In this document: piece by piece, positions 26,628 to 34,525 of the stretch | How the letters are laid out: each line of letters starts with the position of its first letter | How positions within the stretch are numbered: position 1 is the first letter of the stretch | Assembly (NCBI RefSeq): GCF_001194135.2 | Contig: NC_068996.1 | Coordinates: 4,730,215-4,764,739 of the forward strand | Reading direction: 5' to 3' | From: Octopus bimaculoides | Lineage: Eukaryota | DNA: 34,525 nucleotides | Position numbers and translations under genes: made by a program | Notes under the pieces: generated by a model | Databases searched by the model: none | The model's input: only the letters and a program-made list of their open reading frames with translations | What the model was told of the DNA's origin: nothing

Positions 26628-26863
26628 CTAACCCTTTAGCATTTAAACTAGCCATAATAACTGGCCCAAATAATTTTGCTGGTTTCATATTTCAAATCAA
26701 TCAATTCTGGACATTCACACCTACCTGACAATAATATCATTCTAAAAATATACCATCACATTATTGAAATCTCGATGCTACGAGATAACAAGTGATTAAT
26801 TCAAGACAATGTGAATAAATAAGCATTACAATTGCTAGAATAATCTGAGTGCTAAAGGGCTAA
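26628..26863. mobile_element. piggyBac-like MITE with perfect 10-bp TIRs and CTAA target duplication
   Basis: CTAA|CCCTTTAGCA ... TGCTAAAGGG|CTAA. Confidence 0.85.
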
Positions 26864-27034
26864 GCAAGGCTCATGGGAACATTTTTCTTAAGTTGAACAC
26901 TTTAGGTTAACGTTGAACATTTTCATTAACTGTGAACATCCTTGTAAATAGTGAACATATCTATGCATGTTTACTAAGATGTACCATGAATATGTAATAA
27001 AAGTAGTAGCATATTTATTTTATTATCATCATCA

Positions 27035-27068
<34 letters not shown>

Positions 27069-27894
27069 TACATTTTTATTCATTCATTTTTTAATGATTT
27101 TTTTTTCCTCTTGTTCAAGTTGATGTTGCTGCAGAGGTTGTTGCTACACTTTGCAATAGTTGTTGCTACTCTTTAAATTCGGGTTGTTGTGATTGCGATT
27201 TTTACCTTTTCTTTTTTTTTGTTTTGTTTTGTTTTTGTTATGTTCTACCTGTTTTAGCTGCTATTGATATTGTTATTTGTACAAATTGTTGTTGTTGTTG
27301 TTCTAGCTTTTATCATTTGTTAATATTGCAGTTATGATGTAACAAACAGCAACAACAACAAAACTGCAAAATATTGATTTCTAGAGGGATGTAAATATTG
27401 AGGAGGCAGGGGGGGGGGAGAGGAAAGAAAAGAGTATTTTGGATAACCACCACCATCACCCCACCACCACAACACACACACACTAGAACAGTACTTGATT
27501 GTACTTAATAGTAACAACCCTGGAAGGAAAAAAGGAAAAGCCAACTTTAGCAGATTTTGAACTCAAACTCTGGCAGTTTAATCGGCTGCCATAAAGTATT
27601 AATGCTTATTATTATTTTTTTTTTTACTAAATAATGACAATAAAAATAATAATTTCTTACATTGGTACAAGATCAGAAATTTGAGTGGAAGGCAGCAGAT
27701 AAATTATCAACCTCCAAAACCTCATATTTTTGACCAGTAACATATTTTATTTACCCAAAAAGATGAAAAATAGGGCTGGTTGACCTTAAAGGGGTTAGAA
27801 GTTAACTGCAAAGAAAAACAAAAGGCTCATAAAAATATTACAAGGGTATTATCTACTGCTCCAATGATTCTATCACCTAATTTTAATAATAACG

Positions 27895-27926
<32 letters not shown>

Positions 27927-28058
27927 NNNNNNNNNNAAGGATGAAAGGCAAAGTCAACCTCGGCAGAATTTGAACTCAGAATGTGATGACAGACGAAATG
28001 CCGCTAAGCATTTTGCCCAGTGCACTAACGATTCTGTCCGCTCGCTGCCACAATAATA

Positions 28059-28119
<61 letters not shown>

Positions 28120-28582
28120 CAAACAAAGAATAACAAATGAACAAATATGTGCTTTTTTTAAACATAGTGTTTATAATAGATTTTAAAAAATTCAGTTGTT
28201 GACATTCAAACAGTTCAAAGCAGGTAAAAAAAAAAAAAAAAAGGGACTGCAAGTTTTACTTCTATTTCGATGGTTTAGAAAAATGATGAATATTGCGCAA
28301 TTTTCTATCGGTCTGAGGCATGGGCTTGTATGCAAGCATGTGAATGCATATATCTGTATGTGTTGATAAGTGTACGTGCATGTGTGTGTGTACTTATGTG
28401 TTCTATCGAAAAATATTTATGCTGTTCGAAATTAACATCCCTTTCATTAATGCATGCTGTCTTTTTATTAACTCTATTTTTATTTATGAATGCATTACAT
28501 TTCTACATATGTGCGCATGATTTTGTGTGAGTATGTATGTATGTATGTATGAATGTATAAAGTTATAAACAACAGAAAAAAT

Positions 28583-28897
28583 TTGATGAAAATTTATTTA
28601 ACAATAAGAAAATTCAAATGTCATAACAAATTGTTTTGTAACTTAAAGCAAGTAAAGATAATTTATATTATTGTATTTAATAATAAATAAATTGCATGTC
28701 TGCATTAATACAAAATGCAAAAAAAAAATTTTTAACAATGCAGAAATGTGATCTTTTGCATTTTTCATTAATGCAGACATGCAAGTAATTTATTTATCAT
28801 TAAATATAATACTATAAATTATCTCTGCATGCTTTAAGTTACAAAACAATTTGTCATGATATTTGAATTTTCTTATTGTTAAATAAATTTTCATCAA
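28583..28897. repeat. Long near-perfect inverted repeat (arms 28583-28722 and 28754-28897, ~31-nt spacer)
   Basis: ttgatgaaaatttatttaacaataagaaaattcaaat...ttgcatgtctgcattaat..aaaatgcaaaa is matched in reverse complement with few substitutions and one 4-nt indel. Confidence 0.95.
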
Positions 28898-28972
28898 GGT
28901 ATTTCTCTTTTATTTGACTTTATACACTCATTTTTTTCTCTTCTATCGTACTGTATATTCTCTGTCTTGTAG

Positions 28973-29019
28973 AATGCTACATAAAGAAGCTTTTTTATGA
29001 GTACTACCGGATTATTTGA
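28973..29019 (+). CDS. Putative short terminal coding exon of an unidentified plus-strand gene, (x)CYIKKLFYEYYRII*
   Basis: A pyrimidine-rich tract and tctgtcttgtAG acceptor (28971-28972) precede a phase-1 frame open to TGA 29017-29019. Upstream exons were not identified. Confidence 0.3.
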
Positions 29020-29175
29020 ATCCATATGGTGTCACTTAAATTGATGTGTGTATATAGTTTATTGAAACTAAAATTTTATTTCACAACTTGAGTTTCATGC
29101 CTCTACAATTTTCAGGCAAAAACATGTATATACATACATACACACACACACACACATATATCTATATATACATAC

Positions 29176-29206
<31 letters not shown>

Positions 29207-29998
29207 CATACCCACATACATATTAATGCACACAAATATAATGTATTCTTATAAAAAATAATATATATACATACACATATATAAACATACACAACACATA
29301 TATATATCTAAATATATGCAAGTGTATATTACAAAAACACATTGAAGACAGACTGAAGTTTAGAGGCGCATTAAACCGGGGCTAAATGGGCTGATAGTAT
29401 AAGTCTTCCTTCTAGATGGGACATCATTTTGCTGCATGGTTTACTCTCAGCTGCTGGTGATCAAGTCAGCTGAGAAAACTGCAGCAATGCATATATCTAA
29501 AAAAATGCATATACACACACACACACATATATATATATATAATTGTGTGTATAGTATGTATGATGTATATGTATGTGTATATAAATTTGTGTGTGTTGTG
29601 TGTGTACTTATACACAGATATATGGGTATATATGAAAATACATGCACGCAAACATCTGCATATAAAATCAAATAACTATCTATATATATTTAATATCCTT
29701 ATCTATGCATTTACTTGTGGTATTAGAATCGTGACACTGCTTGTGTTCATGTATAGAATGTACTGCAATTTTATTATGGCTGTGATGACAGGCATACATG
29801 AGTGTATGTAAATGTGTGCAAGTGTGTTAGCATCTGTGTTTTATGTATATAGAAAGCAAGTAAGAATTATATAGATAAAACATCTATATAATTTAATATT
29901 TTTTTATTCATTTTTTTTGTTTATTATTTATATTATTTTTTTTATTTCATTTTTTACATATCCACACCAGCAGGTTATGTAAATTACTTCAATTGTAA

Positions 29999-30012
29999 TT
30001 TTATTAATAAAA
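29999..30012. promoter_or_regulatory. Candidate polyadenylation signal(s): TTTTATTAATAAAA gives AATAAA on both strands
   Basis: The minus-strand AATAAA (30000-30005) lies ~80 nt downstream of the PNP-domain stop. The plus-strand AATAAA is at 30006-30011. Confidence 0.35.
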
Positions 30013-30083
30013 CCTTACCAAAGCTGATATTAGCATATTTTTAGCTGAAAATATATCATATACACCAAAAAGTGTGTATATAA

Positions 30084-30814
30084 TCATTCGAGTACATGTA
30101 GCAAAGACTTCATGTATGCTGCAGCAACAAGCGCTGCATATGGTTGCCAGCCTTTCTTCCCAGTTCCATCAGTGTAATCTGCCATTCCTCGAATTACTAG
30201 GAAACTGCAGTTTCTACTTCCTTCCAGCGAGTCAAGAACAGCGTCAAATTCTGAATCGAAAGCCTTGATGCCATTCAGCTGGGCAAAATCCTTGCGCATC
30301 TTATCATTTTGGGTTACCATTTTGCCAGAGCCAATAACTCCATATCTAATGGTCACCTGTCCCTCTGTGTAGGACTGAAAATGAGAACCAGATGGTTTTG
30401 GATGCTCGTATTGAACAACAGTACCATTAGGTTGGGTTGCAAATAGCTTATCTCGCATAATAGATGGACGGTTAAAATCTGATTCTTCACTTTCAAGGAG
30501 ATCTCTCCCTTCTTCAATGTAGGGATCCCATGGTTTTGCAATGGTGGGATTCCGTTCAACAGTGCACTTGAGGTTCTCAACAGCTTTTTGAAAGTTCTGA
30601 TTGGTTGACGACCACGACTGTGTCACATAACTGTAGCCAATAGAATTAGGAATTTTCTCAGCTCGTTGGCAATGAACATAGAGTGAACCACTTCTGTCAA
30701 CAGGCGTAGATACTACCACATCTCCGAGTCGAACATGTTTGTTGAAGTCTGAGAAGTGAGGAACGGCACCGCCAACGCCAACAAGAATAACATGTTCAAC
30801 ATAACTAAAAACGC
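30084..30814 (-). CDS. Terminal coding exon of a nucleoside phosphorylase/MTAN-superfamily (PNP_UDP_1, Pfs-like) domain protein; 5' exons outside window
   Basis: An uninterrupted ~242-codon frame follows a ttttctttatttttttcAG acceptor (30816-30815, phase 1). Motifs: VILVGVGGAVP, HVRLGDVVVS, YGVIGSG, AFDSEFDAV, FLVIRGMADYTDG...WQPYAALVAAAYMKSLL. Stop TGA at 30086-30084. Confidence 0.9.
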
Positions 30815-30989
30815 CTGAAAAAAATAAAGAAAAATAAAAGGAAAAAATTATTAGTATTCTTTCCACACGGAAGAAAAATTAATAGTTTAACAAAACATAA
30901 ATATTTTTTTAAAAGAAAACTATTGAAAGAACAACGTTTTCAGATGGTTGATTTAAGAGAGTATAAGAAAATTTAAGAACTTCTGAAAT

Positions 30990-31760
30990 TATTGGCTCAT
31001 CCATAAATAATTGAAAAATTGTATGAACTAAAAGTCGGAGAGGGATGGGATAAACTACCTGCATCAACTTGCTATAAAAGCAGGTAGTAATTTTACCTTA
31101 TGCTTATTCTTAGTGCACGTTTTGAAGAGTGCAGTTCGATTTTAACAGTTATTTTTTCAAACCTATAATGGAAGTGACAAAGGAGCATTTTCAGCATATT
31201 TTGCTTTATGAGATCAATAAAGGCAACAACGCAAAGGAAAGTGCAAGGAATATTAACGCAGTATATGCTGAGAGCCTTTTCGGTCATGACTGACCATGGG
31301 ATTGCACCTAGAATGTTTCTTTCCAAGGCACAAGTCCGGGCAAGGTCGTTTATGGAAGACCAGCAGTAGCCCATACATACCAGCCTCCCCTTTCCATGCC
31401 ACCTATGTTATTCAATGGAAAGGCAAAGGCTGATACAGCTTGGTACCTGTGACGTTGAAACTCATTTCTACAGCTGAGTGAACTGGAGCAACGTGAAATA
31501 AAGTGTCTTGCTCAAGCACACAACACACAGCCCGGTCCGGGATTCGAACTCACAACCTCACGATCATAAGCTCGACACTCTAACCACTGAGCCATGCACC
31601 TTCACATGCAGTAAATACGGATCACGCAGTATATAGGGAGTCATGTGCCTTCACATGCAGTATATAGGGATCAGACAATAAGCATAAGCCAGTGTCAACG
31701 GTGGTTCCAGAAATTCCAAGGAAGACAGAGGGAAAAAATACCAATGATTTACATGTGGCT
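30990..31760 (+). mobile_element. Mariner (Mos1-like) 5' remnant with N-terminal HTH, split by a SINE
   Basis: TIR-like tattggctcatccataaataa at ~30990. ATG 31168 gives MEVTKEHFQHILLYEINKGNNAKESARNINAVY, which resumes at 31657 as AVYRDQTISISQCQRWFQKF. Confidence 0.85.
31267..31602 (-). mobile_element. tRNA-derived SINE, family E, inserted in mariner
   Basis: The minus-strand head aaggtgcatggctcagtggttagagtgtcg...gagttcgaatcccgg has a clear A box (TGGCTCAGTGG) and B box (GTTCGAATCC). It is flanked by GCAGTATAT-like duplications. Confidence 0.85.
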
Positions 31761-31814
31761 ACATTTGGGAAAAAAACAGCACACACACACACATATATAC
31801 ATATACATACACAC

Positions 31815-31845
<31 letters not shown>

Positions 31846-31846
31846 A

Positions 31847-33238
31847 ATGCTATAATTAATAGAGCAAATAGTAAACAGTTGTCATTATTAGTACTCAGAA
31901 GTTTGAATGTCAGAGCAATGAACTACTGTATATTCTTGTTCGCTATTAATGGCAACAGATGCTACAAAAAAAAAACCTTTAAATATAAGGGAAGTAACTC
32001 AAATGGAAAAAGAGAAAAAGAAAAANNNNNNNNNNNNNNNNNNNNNNNNNNNNNNNNNNNNNNNNNNNNNNNNNNNNNNNNNNNNNNNNNNNNNNNNNNN
32101 NNNNNNNNNNNNNNNNNNNATACGCACACACGTGTATGTATATATATATATGTATATGTACGCAAGTACATCCTCATATACACATAGGTGCCTATATGCA
32201 TATGCGTAACATAACACATTTACACATATAAATATATGCGTATATATATATGTATGTATGTATGTATGTATATATGTATATAAATATATATACAGACATA
32301 TATTCACACCCCTGTATACACACACACAAACATATATATATATACCCTCCCATCACACACATACACCTGCACATATACAAATACATGCATATTGATATAA
32401 GTGAAGGGGGTATGTGCACATGAAAAATCACACATATACACCAGACACAGTCTTACACTCATATGCATACATACACACACACACACACACACTTACATAT
32501 TATATACATACACACACATATAAAAAAGAAAAAATATATAAAAAAAGAACAAATATAAAAATGGAAATTAAAAATTTAAAATTAATGGGAATTAAAATGT
32601 ATGGGAAAGCTTGTGCAGGAACATAGTAGAGATGCAGACACTAACTGTGGTCTTGGGGGGCCCCAAAACAATAACAGGTATTTTGTGACATGTGGACGTG
32701 ATCCAAAGAGTTCAGTTCTCGAATTTAAACATGTGGTGGGGTGTAAGGAACTTTTCCAGATGAGCCATCATTCCATGTTACAAAGACTGCACTTGCCACT
32801 ACCATTGATATAAGGGTTACACTTGGCTAAGATCTTCCAGTAAATACTGTAGTTGACATCTTGTTCTGTTAAGAAACATACATAACTGGATAATTTAGGA
32901 GTCTTTCATTTATTCCAGTCTGTGTAGCTTAAGGTGTGATTGTTGAATCTTGCTTTAAAATTTCCCTTTAATTTCCCTCTATATATCTCTTGGATAAAAC
33001 TGTATTATTAGCATTGGTGGAACTTACAGTAGCTTCATAAATAATGGCCTCAGTCATGCAGGCTCCATTTAGTGGGTACAGTTCTTTATTCCTGCAGAAA
33101 CAGATAGCTTTGTGGTGTTGTGTTGTATTGTATTTCTACTATGTTCCTTCACAAACTTTCCCATATATTTTAACTCCCATTCATTTTTAATTTTAATTGT
33201 TTTTCATATGTATTTTTATATATTTTTCCTTTTTATAC

Positions 33239-33277
<39 letters not shown>

Positions 33278-33547
33278 TGCATGTAAGTGTGTGTATATGT
33301 GTATGTATGCATATGAGTGTAAGACTGTCCAGTGCATATAGGTAATTTTCATGTGCACATGCCCCCTTCACTTATATGGATATGCATATGTTTGTATATG
33401 TGTGGATGTATGTGATGGGAGGGTGTATATGTGTGTGTGTGTGTGCGTGGGATTGTGAATGTATGTCTATATCTATAAATATATGTCTATATATGTATTA
33501 TGTTACATGCATGCATGTAAGTACCTATGTGTATATGAGGATGAAGT

Positions 33548-33592
<45 letters not shown>

Positions 33593-33926
33593 CGGTGGGT
33601 ATGTATGTATGCATGAGTACGTACATGCATATATGTTTGTGTGTGTGTATACATGTTTAGTGTGTGTGGAGGCTGAGTATGTACATGCATATATGCTTAT
33701 ATATATACATATTTGTTTGTGCGTGTGCGTATACCTGTTGTGTGTGTACATATGTTTTATGTTTCTATAACTTCTTTATATATTTTTTTTTCCTTTTTCT
33801 CTTTTTCCATCTATTAGAGTTACTTCCCTGATATTTAACAGTTTTTTGGGGGGGTTTTTTTGTAGCATCCATTGCCATTAATAGCTGATGACAACCGTTT
33901 ACTGTTTGCTCTATTAATTATAGCAT
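31847..33926 (-). mobile_element. Penelope-like element remnant: GIY-YIG endonuclease fragment (33102-32582) between ~790-bp inverted arms (31847-32636; 33129-33926)
   Basis: Minus-strand translation with stops and a frameshift: CFCRNKELYPLNGACMTEAIIYEATV...RYIEG/FKARFNNHTLS...KLSSYV...YSIYWKILAKCNPY...KCSLCNME*...LNSRTELFGSRPHVTKYLL. The flanking arms align in reverse complement. Confidence 0.85.
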
Positions 33927-34525
33927 ATAAAACAATCCTCTATTTCTACAAATATCAAGGTCTCATTCTTTTGTTGTTATACATATTATTATTATTATTA
34001 TAAATATATATATGTATATATATATACATATGTTGGCGTTAGGAAGGGCATCCAGCTGTAGAAACTCTGCCAAATTAGACTGGAGCCTGGTGTTGCCATC
34101 CGGTTTCACCAGTCCTCAGTCAAATCGTCCAACCCATGCTAGCATGGAAAGCGGACGTTAAACGATGATGATGATGATGATGATGATGATGATATATATA
34201 TAATATGTCCAGCATTATGATGACATAACTCCATCGTCTGTGTGACTGGCCCGAACAGCATATCTTGCTGACTGACACTACTTACTAAGTCTGTCCACTA
34301 TTTATTAGTAGTGGACCAGCCCACTTCTCACCTAAAGGCGTCTGCCACAAATCCTTTGAGACTTTTTTTTTCATTTCATTTTCTTCTAATCAGAATTATT
34401 TTTCTTTCTTATTAATATTTCTTTTCTTGTTCCACACAGAAGTTTTTTTTTTTTCCTCTTTTGTGTACTCAACATTATTTTATTCTTTTTTTTTTCTTCT
34501 AACCAGAATTATTTTTCTCTTCTTA

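Noticed and set aside
29020-29490. TGA 29017 as selenocysteine with the 29425-29489 hairpin as SECIS
   Set aside because: The hairpin lacks the AUGA/GA quartet and apical AA geometry on either strand.
30815-30866. ORF-track N-terminus MERILIIFSFYFSLFFS of the 260-aa ORF as a start/signal peptide
   Set aside because: This is the intronic polypyrimidine tract upstream of the AG acceptor, and the domain is N-terminally incomplete.
18343-31602. tRNA genes suggested by A/B boxes (18343, 20107, 31602 etc.)
   Set aside because: They are SINE heads continuing into repeat bodies, with no complete cloverleaf or acceptor stem.
31860-31935. Hammerhead ribozyme expected in PLE terminal repeats (also ctgatga at ~33885)
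   Set aside because: I could not assemble a CUGAnGA...GAAA core with three stems by eye. An Infernal/RNAMotif search would be needed.
34280-34400. Perfect minus-strand GTAAGT donor at 34285-34280 as the upstream exon of the PNP-domain gene
   Set aside because: The required phase-1 frame has an in-frame TAA a few codons upstream, and there is no pyrimidine-rich acceptor.
1-34525. CRISPR array or prokaryotic operon-type system
   Set aside because: There are no regularly spaced direct repeats with unique spacers and no dense prokaryotic coding. The sequence is eukaryotic.

Overview
AT-rich, repeat-dense eukaryotic genomic DNA. The microsatellite load and SINE/LINE repertoire look like an octopus/coleoid cephalopod, which is an inference. 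It is a draft assembly with six N gaps. Almost all ORFs in the track are microsatellite or transposon artefacts. The one convincing host coding sequence is a minus-strand terminal exon (30814-30084) encoding the C-terminal part of a nucleoside-phosphorylase/MTAN (PNP_UDP_1, Pfs-like) domain; its upstream exons lie outside the window. Its upstream intron holds a SINE-split mariner remnant and a Penelope-like GIY-YIG fragment flanked by ~790-bp inverted arms. Facing it is a possible short plus-strand terminal exon (28973-29019), preceded by a ~140-bp-arm hairpin and followed by a ~60-nt hairpin and a palindromic two-strand AATAAA. The rest is decayed R4/Dong-type RLE LINEs stacked on (TAA)n/(GAT)n, piggyBac-like MITEs and a probable piggyBac remnant, Tc1/mariner fragments, several tRNA-derived SINE families and microsatellites. 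All calls were made by eye, without database searches.
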